64,000 bases of DNA from a bacterium (GCA_030693205.1 JAUYBG010000010.1:66059-130058); one strand, 5' to 3'; shown: positions 1 through 8,926, counted from the first letter of the stretch. Notes: a model not told the origin generated them from the letters alone. Made by a program: numbers and translations.

Positions 1-22
1 TTTTATCGGCAATGGGCCGGTT

Positions 23-463
23 ATGGTCTTTACTTGGAGCGCATTCGCGATCATAGGGATTTTAGGAATGACATATAAGAAATATGAAACTCGATTTGTC
101 ATTGCGAGCGAATCGCCAGCAGGCGGTGAGTGCGGCAATCTCGTGCTTATAAAAAAAATCTTAGGATTGCTTCGTCGCTTCGCTTCTCGCAATGACAGTA
201 AGAGAATCTTGGGACTGGCCGGAGTGGGAATTATTTCTTCGGTTTTTTTCTTTCTCTATACTAATTTCGGCTGGTGGCTGGTTTCCGGAATGTATCCGCA
301 TACTTTGGACGGATTGATCCAGTGCTATATTATGGGATTGCCATTTTTCAAGAATAATTTGATCGGAAATCTGATTTTCGTGCCAATGGCGAGCGGCGCG
401 GCGATTTTAATCGGGAACCTAAAGACGAAGAGTTTTAAATTAAGCATGAAAAAGTTTAGCTAA
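23..463 (+). CDS. Small hydrophobic membrane protein; the reading frame passes through a palindromic repeat copy (98-196)
   Basis: Hydrophobic segments such as AFAIIGILG and GVGIISSVFFFLY. A central block ...VIASESPAGGECGNL...RFASRNDS... is the translation of the repeat element. The start is not certain. Confidence 0.35.
   Translation: MVFTWSAFAIIGILGMTYKKYETRFVIASESPAGGECGNLVLIKKILGLLRRFASRNDSKRILGLAGVGIISSVFFFLYTNFGWWLVSGMYPHTLDGLIQCYIMGLPFFKNNLIGNLIFVPMASGAAILIGNLKTKSFKLSMKKFS
98..196. repeat. Palindromic hairpin repeat, family A (gtcattgcgagcg ... cgctcgcaatgac type), copy 1, lying in-frame inside a CDS
   Basis: The termini gtcattgcgagcg / ctcgcaatgac are inverted. Related copies occur at 9451-9533 and 15438-15530. 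Confidence 0.7.
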
Positions 464-543
464 AAATTGATTTGATTTTCCACTAAAATTTGCTATAATA
501 TTAAGACAGCAATGTCTTTTTTAAAACTTTAATATTAAAAACT

Positions 544-1083
544 ATGGATAAATTCGACATGAGCTATAAGGTTATTACGGATTATAAAAAATTATCGGAA
601 ATAATCAATGCTTATAAAATTCTGGGTAAAAAGATAGTGTGCACGATTGGGTCTTGGGATATGCTGCATATCGGGCATTTACGGTATTTGCATAAGGCTA
701 AAAGCGAAGGGGATATTTTGATCGTCGGCGCGGACAGCGACCGGGCGATCAAGCTTTACAAAAATAATCCTTTGAGGCCGGTGATCCCGGAAGACGAAAG
801 AATGGAAATGTTGAGCTATCAGAATTTTGTGGATTATGTGACGCTTGTTGACGATGTGGACGATAAAGGCGCGTGGCAGATGAAACTTTTGAAAATGGCG
901 CATCCGGATGTATTTGTGGCGGTTAAGGAAAGTTATCCGCCGAATCAGATCAAAGAGATCAAGAAATATGTCAAAACAATGAAAATTCTCAAGCGCCAGG
1001 CGGAAAAAACTTCCACCACGCTTATTATCGAGAGGACATTCAAAAAAAGACTGGAGTATGTTTTATCCAACGCTAAATTATAA
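544..1083 (+). CDS. Cytidylyltransferase-family nucleotidyltransferase, similar to HldE/RfaE domain II and TagD
   Basis: GSWDMLHIGHLRYL matches the (T/H)xGH motif. The block IVGADSDRAIKLYK...RPVIPEDERMEML resembles the ADP-heptose synthase adenylyltransferase domain. Confidence 0.6.
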   Translation: MDKFDMSYKVITDYKKLSEIINAYKILGKKIVCTIGSWDMLHIGHLRYLHKAKSEGDILIVGADSDRAIKLYKNNPLRPVIPEDERMEMLSYQNFVDYVTLVDDVDDKGAWQMKLLKMAHPDVFVAVKESYPPNQIKEIKKYVKTMKILKRQAEKTSTTLIIERTFKKRLEYVLSNAKL

Positions 1084-1091
1084 GATATTTT

Positions 1092-1157
1092 GTCACCCTG
1101 AGCTTGTCGAAGGGTGATTAATTGCGTTTTTCATGGTTCGACAGGCTCACCATGACA
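1092..1157. repeat. Double-hairpin repeat, family B (tcaccctgagcttgtcgaagggtga + tcatggttcgacaggctcaccatgaca)
   Basis: Two adjacent stem-loops with 7-bp stems. A half-copy at 49797-49822 is the reverse complement of the second hairpin. Confidence 0.6.
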
Positions 1158-1174
1158 GACAGTAAAGCCGTATT

Positions 1175-1618
1175 ATGCTTAAAAAAGTTGTTGATCTGAG
1201 GTTCGCGAAAACCAAGGATTATCGGAAAACTCTGGAAACTATCCAGAAAAAAGGCAAGTGTCCGTTTTGTCCGGAAAATTTTATTTATCACAAAAACCCG
1301 ATATTGAAAAAAAACGGCGATTGGCTGATTACCTTGAGCAGCTGGCCGTATAAGAATTCCGAATATCATTTTTTGATCATCAGTTTGCGGCATAAGGAAA
1401 AATTTAGCGCTCTTGAGCTGGCTGATTTTGGGAGCGTAATGAAGTTGGTAGTTTGGGCGGAGAAAAAATTTAAGATCAAGGGAGGGGGACTGGTTTTGCG
1501 TTTTGGCGATACGGCTTATACGGGTTCGACCGTCTGTCATTTGCATTTCCATTTAATCGTGCCAAAGTTAAACAAAAAAACCAAGCGGGCAAATGCGGTT
1601 TGGTTTCCGATAGGGTGA
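1175..1618 (+). CDS. HIT-family nucleotide hydrolase/transferase (histidine triad)
   Basis: HLHFHLIVP is the HxHxHxx motif. An upstream CPFC motif is typical of the GalT/Ap4A-phosphorylase-like HIT branch. Confidence 0.6.
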   Translation: MLKKVVDLRFAKTKDYRKTLETIQKKGKCPFCPENFIYHKNPILKKNGDWLITLSSWPYKNSEYHFLIISLRHKEKFSALELADFGSVMKLVVWAEKKFKIKGGGLVLRFGDTAYTGSTVCHLHFHLIVPKLNKKTKRANAVWFPIG

Positions 1619-1820
1619 AATATTGTGTGTTAAATTTCGGCAGGATTAAATTTTTCTTAAAAGATGTTCGGCTGTGACAATAATTATTATACATTGATTT
1701 AAATTGCCTCACTCGAATTTTGGCGACATGAAACTTTAGATAAATTATTTTGTTAATATTGTCGCCAAAATGCGCTTTTTGCGAAAAATTTAATCCTGCC
1801 GAAACATTATTATTTACTAT

Positions 1821-2690
1821 ATGAAAAAATTTACAAATTCAATTTTAATTATCGGCGAGTTTTCGGTATTTCACAAAGGTTATGCCGATTTTTTGGCTGA
1901 AATGAGTCAGAATAAGCACAGTAAATTTTTTGTCGGGATTTTGGGGGATAATCTGATCAAATATCTGACCGCGCTTGAACCGGATATCAGGAAGGTTTCA
2001 GCGGAAGATGCCGAGCGGATAATAAATTCATTTTTAGGCGCGGAAAAATATTTTACGGTTGAAAAAGACAATTTCGCCGATATTATCAAGGAGATCAGCC
2101 CTGAAAAAATAATCATTTTAAAAGGCGACAAAAGCGAAAATTTCGCGGAAAAATATCTCGGAAATTATAAAGATATTATAGAATATTTTGATATTAGATT
2201 GCGATGGAAAGATTCGCGCGTTCAGGAATTTAAAAAAGAAGTTTCGGATATTCCTCCAAAAGAATTAGCGGAATATCAGGGCTTTATGACCGAAGCTCAA
2301 GCGGAAGCGGAAAAATCCAAATGCTGGTGGCGGCAAGTCGGGGCGGTGGCGGTAAAAGACGGAAAAGTGATATTTAAGGGATTCAACAGGATGATGCCCA
2401 ATGACGATGAATGTTATAAAATCGGCTGTATTCGCGACCCTATCGCTCCAGGAAAAAGCCCGGAGATTTGCAGTGTTACTCATGCCGAGGCAACGATCAT
2501 TTCTTTGGCGGCCAATGAAGGCGCGTCTTTGAAAGGCGCGACATTGTTTGTCACTCACTTTCCTTGTCCGGCTTGCGCGAAATTGGTAGCTTTGTCGGGG
2601 TTTAAAAAACTTGTCTATACCCGCGGTTCATCGGTTTTCGACGGGGAAAGAGTGATGGCCAGCGGGGGAGTTGACATAATTAAGATTTAG
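1821..2690 (+). CDS. dCMP/cytidine deaminase-family zinc deaminase (C-terminal half) fused to a roughly 160-aa N-terminal nucleotidyltransferase-like domain
   Basis: C-terminal half has SVTHAEATII (HAE zinc motif) and HFPCPACAKL (PCxxC). The N-terminal GEFSVFHKGY resembles the G-x-F-x-x-x-H-x-G-H motif. Confidence 0.65.
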   Translation: MKKFTNSILIIGEFSVFHKGYADFLAEMSQNKHSKFFVGILGDNLIKYLTALEPDIRKVSAEDAERIINSFLGAEKYFTVEKDNFADIIKEISPEKIIILKGDKSENFAEKYLGNYKDIIEYFDIRLRWKDSRVQEFKKEVSDIPPKELAEYQGFMTEAQAEAEKSKCWWRQVGAVAVKDGKVIFKGFNRMMPNDDECYKIGCIRDPIAPGKSPEICSVTHAEATIISLAANEGASLKGATLFVTHFPCPACAKLVALSGFKKLVYTRGSSVFDGERVMASGGVDIIKI

Positions 2691-2733
2691 TATTAGTATT
2701 TTGATATAAGAGACCTTAAAAGTCTTTTTAAAA

Positions 2734-3330
2734 TTGAATAAAAATAGAGGAGGAATAGAAACGAAAGAAAAGAAGATTATTAAAAATGGCATACTTGCAG
2801 ATTCATCTATAATATATGGAAAAAAGATGAAATGGTTGCCGCTATTAGCTTATTTGTTTGCCAATATTTGTTTGGTAACAAAGTCTGGAGAAGTCATATT
2901 GGTTTTGACCGAAGAAAGGAAGAGTAAAAATATATACGTTATCCCAGGTGGAGAACTTTTATATTCATTATCGGAAACCTTTAAGACTGCGGTTATAAGA
3001 GAAGCCGGAAAAGAGGAAATGGGCATTAAGCTAAATTCTAAAAAGATAAAAATCTTTGATGCTCAAATAGGGTATCCGATAAAAGGCAGTCCCTATGAAG
3101 AAAAAGGCATAACTTCTGTGATAGTTTCGTATCTGTATTTTATTACAGACAAAGAACTTAAAAAGATCAGAATAAATGCTGTTCCGGAAAAAGGATGTGA
3201 TATCGTAAAAGTTTTAGTGAAACCCGTACCAGACATTTTGCAAGATATTGAAGATGGAAAAATAAATGTATATCCTGCTTTAAAGGAAACATTAGCTAAA
3301 CTGGATTTATTTTTTAGAGAAGGAAATTAA
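2734..3330 (+). CDS. Nudix hydrolase
   Basis: VIPGGELLYSLSETFKTAVIREAGKEEMGI approximates the Nudix box GX5EX7REUXEEXGU. The true start may be downstream, at MKWLPLL. Confidence 0.5.
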   Translation: MNKNRGGIETKEKKIIKNGILADSSIIYGKKMKWLPLLAYLFANICLVTKSGEVILVLTEERKSKNIYVIPGGELLYSLSETFKTAVIREAGKEEMGIKLNSKKIKIFDAQIGYPIKGSPYEEKGITSVIVSYLYFITDKELKKIRINAVPEKGCDIVKVLVKPVPDILQDIEDGKINVYPALKETLAKLDLFFREGN

Positions 3331-3378
3331 CCCTTCTTTTTATTTGAAAAAAAATCTTAAATATGGTAAATTTAAGCA

Positions 3379-3891
3379 ATGAAGAAGAATAACAAAAAAC
3401 TGGAATTTCCGCCGCAAAAAACTTATTTTGTTGCTTCAATGGTATTGATAAACGAAGAAGGACAGCTTTTACTGACCAAAGAAAAAAATAATCGCAATAT
3501 TTGGACTGTTCCGGGCGGGGAAGTTGATTATAAGGCAAAAGAGCAATTTTTGGACGCGGCTATCCGTGAAACGAAAGAGGAGGTTGATGTTTCGGTTGAT
3601 CCTCGCGAAGCGCAATTGATCGATGTCAGGATCTCTTATGCCGAAGGAGATAATCCTTACAAAAAGCATAATATTTTTATTTTGATTGCGACTTGCATAG
3701 CGCATTTTTCCCCAAAGCAAAAAATAACGCTTAAAAGATCTTTTGACGCTTTGGAGCGTAAATATGACGTGAAAGATTTTATTTGGATCGCGCCGGAAGA
3801 GATCTCGAAGAAAAAAATAAAAGTGCATAAAAATTTTATCAAAACGATTCCGATAATCAACCAATGGATCGAAAAATATGGAAAAGGATAA
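3379..3891 (+). CDS. Nudix hydrolase
   Basis: VPGGEVDYKAKEQFLDAAIRETKEEVDV is a Nudix box. Confidence 0.6.
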   Translation: MKKNNKKLEFPPQKTYFVASMVLINEEGQLLLTKEKNNRNIWTVPGGEVDYKAKEQFLDAAIRETKEEVDVSVDPREAQLIDVRISYAEGDNPYKKHNIFILIATCIAHFSPKQKITLKRSFDALERKYDVKDFIWIAPEEISKKKIKVHKNFIKTIPIINQWIEKYGKG

Positions 3892-5353
3892 GCAAAAAAC
3901 AAAATTCGCTTGCGCCGGCGATATCGGCTGGCCGATATATTATTCGGATAGCCTGATCAAGGGTAATCCGGAAAGCGAAATTGGAATTACTACTCTTTGG
4001 ACGCCGGCGAAATTAATCGCGGACAAGATCGACCCAAAGCTTTTTTCCGTGGTCGGTCAGCTCTATTCCAAGGAAGGCATAAATTTTATTTTGCGGAATA
4101 TTCTGGCAAATCCGCGCATTCGCTATATAATTGTTTGCGGCACTGAACTTTCCGGATCCGGCAAAGCGCTGGTGGATTTTTTTGCCAAAGGCGTGGACAA
4201 AGACAATAATATTATCGGCAATGATTTTGCCGCGATCCATAAAGAAATTCCGCTTGAGGCGATCGAAATGGTGAGGAAAAATGTCAAATGCGAGAATCTT
4301 ATTGGCGTCGCCGATGCGGAAAAGATCATCGAAAAGATCAAAAATTATAAGCCGGAAGGAAAACCTTTTTCCGAGCCGCAAACATTTCCTGAACCTAAAA
4401 ATGATCTGGCGGTTTCTTTCCCCGGCGAAGATACCGTGTTTCCTATACGCCATAAATATATCGGCGGAGCGTGGCTTGAAATACTCAAGCATATCCAGCG
4501 CTTCGGTACGATCCGGAATAATTTTTATGGCGGCAGTGTGCGGGAAATTTTTAATATCGCGGCGGTCGTTACGGACGAGGATTCTTTCAATCCGAAAATA
4601 TTTCCTTATATGCAAGTTTGCAAGAAAGAGATCGAGAAATATTGCCAGTATATTTTGAATGGCAATAAAGGGGATGAGGTTTATACTTATGGCGAGCGGC
4701 TTTGGAATTATAAGGGAATTAATCAAGTGGAAGACGTGATCATTCCATATTTAAAAAAATATCCGACTGATCGGGCGGCAGTGGCTATGATGTTTGATCT
4801 GGCGGTTGATCACAAGGCAAGCCGCGCGCCTTGTATGTGTATGGTGCAGGCCGCGACGCTCGGCGATAAATTGAATCTGACCGCGTATTTCCGAAGCCAT
4901 GCGGTGTTTTCCGGTTGGGTGTTGAATGCGTTTGGCTTAAGGCGGTTGCAGAAATATATTGCCGATAAGCTAAATTTAAAAATTGGCACTTTGACCGTAT
5001 TTTCCAATTGCGCGCATATTTACGATAATGAGTGGAGTGCGGCGGAAAAAATAGTCAAAGATCATGGCAATAATTTCGAGGTTATACTGGATCCGCGCGG
5101 ATATTTTATGATCTCGTTGGATAAAAAAGAGATCGTGGCAAAACATTATTCGCCGGATGGAAGATTTTTGGAAGAATTCAGGCAGGACGGCATGATCCCA
5201 AAATCGGCGATGGCGCTGTATGCGAAGCTTGCCGCCGCCAATACTGTTTCCGTAATATCTCACGCTTTTGATCTTGGCGTAGAGCTGGAAAAAGCGGAAT
5301 TCGCGATTAAATTGGGATTAGAATATTCGCAGGATAAAGAATTAAAATTTTAA
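3878..5353 (+). CDS. Two-domain protein: N-terminal MtrA-like domain (tetrahydromethanopterin S-methyltransferase subunit A family) fused to a C-terminal thymidylate synthase (ThyA)-like domain
   Basis: The N-terminal GWPIYYSD...NPESEIGITTLWT...NILANPRIRYIIVCGTELSGSGKAL...NIIGN resembles MtrA. In the C-terminal half, TYGERLWNY, DRAAVAMMFDLA, APCMCMVQ (catalytic Cys in the PCH position), AYFRSHAVFSGWVLNAFGL and NCAHIYDNEW align with ThyA conserved blocks. Confidence 0.6.
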   Translation: MEKDKQKTKFACAGDIGWPIYYSDSLIKGNPESEIGITTLWTPAKLIADKIDPKLFSVVGQLYSKEGINFILRNILANPRIRYIIVCGTELSGSGKALVDFFAKGVDKDNNIIGNDFAAIHKEIPLEAIEMVRKNVKCENLIGVADAEKIIEKIKNYKPEGKPFSEPQTFPEPKNDLAVSFPGEDTVFPIRHKYIGGAWLEILKHIQRFGTIRNNFYGGSVREIFNIAAVVTDEDSFNPKIFPYMQVCKKEIEKYCQYILNGNKGDEVYTYGERLWNYKGINQVEDVIIPYLKKYPTDRAAVAMMFDLAVDHKASRAPCMCMVQAATLGDKLNLTAYFRSHAVFSGWVLNAFGLRRLQKYIADKLNLKIGTLTVFSNCAHIYDNEWSAAEKIVKDHGNNFEVILDPRGYFMISLDKKEIVAKHYSPDGRFLEEFRQDGMIPKSAMALYAKLAAANTVSVISHAFDLGVELEKAEFAIKLGLEYSQDKELKF

Positions 5354-5454
5354 ACAAATCAATTTTATGAGCGCTTTAGGGGTTAGAAGCTTTGACAATT
5401 CTTCCGTTTAACGCTAACATTACTAGTAATATAATAATTTATAAATAATTTTTT

Positions 5455-6036
5455 ATGACTAATTATAAGACCCAGAAGCCAACTGATATTTTAAAAAAAG
5501 ACCACAAGATCATCAAGGATATTATTAAAGTGCTGGAGGCATGCGCCGGTTCGCTTGAGAAAGGCGGAAAATGCGATTTAGACATATTGAACGGCAGTAT
5601 GAATTTGATCAAGAATTTTAATCATAAATATCATCGGCGGACGGAGGAGAGCGTTTTGTTTAAAATCGCTGAGAAAAAAGAAGCGCCTTGGAGCGGAGGA
5701 GATATCAGTTCGATAATCAGAGAGCACGAGGAAGGTGCGGAACAAGTGCGGCGTGTCGCGGATCTTCTCAGGGAATCGGTCGCGGCGGGCATTTTCAGTA
5801 AAAAATCGAAAAAGGCCGTAGTAAAAAATTTATATGCCTATAGCTCGCTTTTGGGCAGCCATCTTATGCAGGAAGAAAAAACCCTATATCCGGTGATCGA
5901 GAGCTTGCTGACCAATCAAGAGAAAAAAAATATTTTACAAAGCTTTGAAAGACTGGCGCAAGAAATGAAGGAAATTGGAGACAAAGAACGATACACAAAT
6001 TCGATCAAAGAGTATAAAAAAAGATTAGCCATTTAA
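5455..6036 (+). CDS. Hemerythrin-like (HHE cation-binding) domain protein
   Basis: LKKDHKIIKD, NHKYHRRTEE and IIREHEEGAE are H/E-rich helices typical of hemerythrin-like domains. Confidence 0.45.
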   Translation: MTNYKTQKPTDILKKDHKIIKDIIKVLEACAGSLEKGGKCDLDILNGSMNLIKNFNHKYHRRTEESVLFKIAEKKEAPWSGGDISSIIREHEEGAEQVRRVADLLRESVAAGIFSKKSKKAVVKNLYAYSSLLGSHLMQEEKTLYPVIESLLTNQEKKNILQSFERLAQEMKEIGDKERYTNSIKEYKKRLAI

Positions 6037-6045
6037 TATTTATTT

Positions 6046-7602
6046 ATGGTTTATAAACCTACTATCGGTTTGGAAATTCATGTTGAACTAAAAACAAACT
6101 CAAAAATGTTTTGCGGTTGCGCCAATAACGCGCTGGAAAAAAGGCCGAATTTTAATATTTGTCCTGTTTGCACCGGCCAGCCGGGAACTTTGCCCTTGGC
6201 AAATAAAAAAGCGATAGAGCTGGTGGTCAGGGCGGCTTTGGCTTTAAATTGTAATATAAATAAATTTTCAAAATTCGACCGAAAAAATTATTTTTATCCG
6301 GATCTGCCGAAAGGTTATCAGATCTCGCAATATGACAAGCCGTTGAGCAAAGAGGGATATCTTGATATTAATATCACAGATTATAATGGTGATATTAATA
6401 AATCCCAAATCCCAAATCCCAAATCCCAAATAAATTCTAAATTACAAACTGCAAAAGTTAAACGGGTGCGAATTACTAGAATACATCTGGAAGAAGATAC
6501 GGGCAAATTATTGCATCCCGATAATGCCGATTATAGCTTGATCGATTATAATCGGGCCGGCGCTCCATTGATGGAATTGGTGACTGAGCCCGACATTGCT
6601 TCGTCCGGCGAAGCGAAGAAATTTTGCCAGGATCTTCAGCTGATCTTTCGTTATTTGGATATTTCCGACGCTGATATGGAAAAAGGGCAAATGCGCTGCG
6701 AGGTAAATATTTCTTTATCAGACAGCGATAAATTGGGAACAAAAGCGGAAATTAAAAATCTCAATTCTTTTAAAGCGGTGGAAAAATCCATTGAGTATGA
6801 GATTGTTCGCCAGAGAAAAGCGCTTACAAAAGGCGAAAAAATTGTTCAAGAAACTCGCGGTTGGGATGAAAACAAAGGCGTAACTTTTTCCCAGCGTGCC
6901 AAAGAAGAAGCTCATGATTATCGGTATTTTCCCGAACCCGATTTGCCGCCGATCGATTTTGAAAAAAACACAGTAGCCGATATTGAAGCGATAAGAAATC
7001 AGCTGCCGGAATTGCCGGAAATAAAAAGAAAAAGATTTTTTGAAGAATATAAATTGCCGGCCAGCGATATTGAAGTTTTGGTTTCAAATAAAAAATTCGC
7101 GGAATATTTCGAGGAAGCCGCTTCCGAATTGGATTCTTGGATCGAAGATAAAAATCTTCCAATAAAAGGCAAAGAGCATCTCCGAATGATCAAAATGGTC
7201 GTTAATTATTTGATTGGCGACATACAATATTTATTGGCGAATTCTAAAACGGAAATAGGTTCTATCAAGATCACGCCGGAAAATTTTGCGGAATTTGTCA
7301 CTCTTGTTTTTGAAGGAAAAATTTCTTCAGCGGCGGCCAAGACGGTTTTGGCGGAAATGTTTGCCAATGGTTCGGATCCGTCGAATATTATTGAAGCAAA
7401 GGAGTTGGCGCAGGAAAGCGGGGAAGATTCTCTGGGCGCGGCGGCGGATGAAGCAATAAAAAATAACCCCGGTCCGGCGGGGGATTATAAGGCAGGCAAA
7501 ACTCAGGCTTTGCAGTTTTTGGTGGGGCAGGTAATGAAGATCAGTAAAGGTAAGGCGAATCCCAAAATTGCAATGGAGTTGCTGAAGAAAAAATTGGGTT
7601 AA
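6046..7602 (+). CDS. gatB: Asp-tRNA(Asn)/Glu-tRNA(Gln) amidotransferase subunit B
   Basis: The N-terminus IGLEIHVELKTNSKMFCGC...CPVCTGQPGTLP is the GatB signature. A C-terminal YqeY-like tail is present. Confidence 0.9.
   Translation: MVYKPTIGLEIHVELKTNSKMFCGCANNALEKRPNFNICPVCTGQPGTLPLANKKAIELVVRAALALNCNINKFSKFDRKNYFYPDLPKGYQISQYDKPLSKEGYLDINITDYNGDINKSQIPNPKSQINSKLQTAKVKRVRITRIHLEEDTGKLLHPDNADYSLIDYNRAGAPLMELVTEPDIASSGEAKKFCQDLQLIFRYLDISDADMEKGQMRCEVNISLSDSDKLGTKAEIKNLNSFKAVEKSIEYEIVRQRKALTKGEKIVQETRGWDENKGVTFSQRAKEEAHDYRYFPEPDLPPIDFEKNTVADIEAIRNQLPELPEIKRKRFFEEYKLPASDIEVLVSNKKFAEYFEEAASELDSWIEDKNLPIKGKEHLRMIKMVVNYLIGDIQYLLANSKTEIGSIKITPENFAEFVTLVFEGKISSAAAKTVLAEMFANGSDPSNIIEAKELAQESGEDSLGAAADEAIKNNPGPAGDYKAGKTQALQFLVGQVMKISKGKANPKIAMELLKKKLG
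6401..6431. repeat. (AAATCCC)4 heptanucleotide microsatellite in-frame inside gatB
   Basis: aaatcccaaatcccaaatcccaaatcccaaat encodes KSQIPNPKSQI. Confidence 0.8.
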
Positions 7603-8606
7603 TTATTTAAAAACCGTTTACAGGTTTTAACGATTTTGCTAAACCCGTTTTTGCTATCCGGTTTTACCCATTTTATTTTTTTATCTTTCTTGAACCAGGT
7701 CATTTGGCGCCGCACGTAATTATGCGTGGCAAATTTTATTAATTCTTTGGTTTTTTCGAGTGTAATTTCGCTTTTCAAATACATTCCGATTTCTCTGTAT
7801 CCGATGCCGCTCATTGCCGGAAGCTTCCATGAATATTTTTTTGCCAGACTTTTTGTTTCATTGACCAATCCGGTTTTAAACATTTTTTCGACCCGATCGT
7901 CGATTTTTTTGTATAATTTTTCACGAGGAATATCAAGCCCAATTTGCAAACAATCAAAAAGCGGCGCGCCTTTTTCTTTTTGAGCGGAAAACGGTTTGCC
8001 GGTAGAGATGGCCACTTCCAGGGCGCGGATTATGCGTCTTTTGTTTTTTTTATCAATATTGATAAAAGCAGCTGTATCTAATTTTTTAAGTTGTTTTAGC
8101 AATACAACAAGGGATTTATTTTCTAATTTTTTTCGCAAAGATAAATTTGGTTTGACTTTTGGAATTTCAATATTATCCACTATCGATGAAATATAAAGTC
8201 CGGTTCCGCCGGTCAAGATCGGGATCTTTCCGCGGCGAGTAATATCGCGGATTATTTTTATAGCTAATTCTTTATATTTAGCAACAGAGAATTTCTCACC
8301 AGGTTCTATAATATCTATTAAATAATGCGGAGTTTTTCTAATTAAAATATATTTTAACTTTTTATTTTTTGATTTTTTGGCGAGTCTGCCGTTGAGGCGG
8401 ATTAGTTTTTTGTCTTGTGGCATTTTAGCGGTTCCAATATTCATTTCTTTATAGATTTGGCGCGAATCTGCCGAAATGATCTCACTATTGAATTTTTTGG
8501 CCAATTTCAAAGCTAGTTCCGATTTTCCGGAAGCAGTGGGGCCGAGGATGATAATAAGAGGTTTTAGGGCTTCTTTGGCATTTAAATTTTTATTTTTAGT
8601 TGACAT
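7599..8606 (-). CDS. miaA: tRNA dimethylallyltransferase
   Basis: P-loop GPTASGKS, and ...ISADSRQIYKEMNIGTAK. Confidence 0.85.
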   Translation of the reverse strand: MSTKNKNLNAKEALKPLIIILGPTASGKSELALKLAKKFNSEIISADSRQIYKEMNIGTAKMPQDKKLIRLNGRLAKKSKNKKLKYILIRKTPHYLIDIIEPGEKFSVAKYKELAIKIIRDITRRGKIPILTGGTGLYISSIVDNIEIPKVKPNLSLRKKLENKSLVVLLKQLKKLDTAAFINIDKKNKRRIIRALEVAISTGKPFSAQKEKGAPLFDCLQIGLDIPREKLYKKIDDRVEKMFKTGLVNETKSLAKKYSWKLPAMSGIGYREIGMYLKSEITLEKTKELIKFATHNYVRRQMTWFKKDKKIKWVKPDSKNGFSKIVKTCKRFLNN

Positions 8607-8647
8607 TTTGATTATAAAAGCTTATTTTATATACAGGAGGACAAAAT

Positions 8648-8926
8648 ATGAACGGAATGATTTTACCAACACTAATTGTTTTAAGTATATTTCTCGTTTT
8701 TCTTAATTTTTCGAAAAAAAACGAGGATATAATAAGCATAATATTGTATGGTATACTTGGTATTTTGAGTATGTATTGGCTTGCTCAAATAATTTATAGT
8801 GATTTGGGGATGCCGCATGAATGGTGGAAGGAGGCTGTAATATTGCCTGGTTTTATGATAGTTTTGATCGTTTGGTCGGCTATTGATGACTTTGGAATTA
8901 TGCTTAAATTATTCAAGGCGTCATAG
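8648..8926 (+). CDS. Small integral membrane protein
   Basis: Three predicted TM helices. No recognisable domain. Confidence 0.3.
   Translation: MNGMILPTLIVLSIFLVFLNFSKKNEDIISIILYGILGILSMYWLAQIIYSDLGMPHEWWKEAVILPGFMIVLIVWSAIDDFGIMLKLFKAS

Noticed and set aside
679-903. Antisense ORFs inside larger genes (e.g. 679-903-, 1118-1552-, 4013-4726-, 16745-17473+, 18521-19240+, and many within dnaE and the adhesin gene)
   Set aside because: They lie entirely within the opposite strand of well-supported genes. Their proteins are low-complexity or repeat translations with no motifs, so they are almost certainly not coding.
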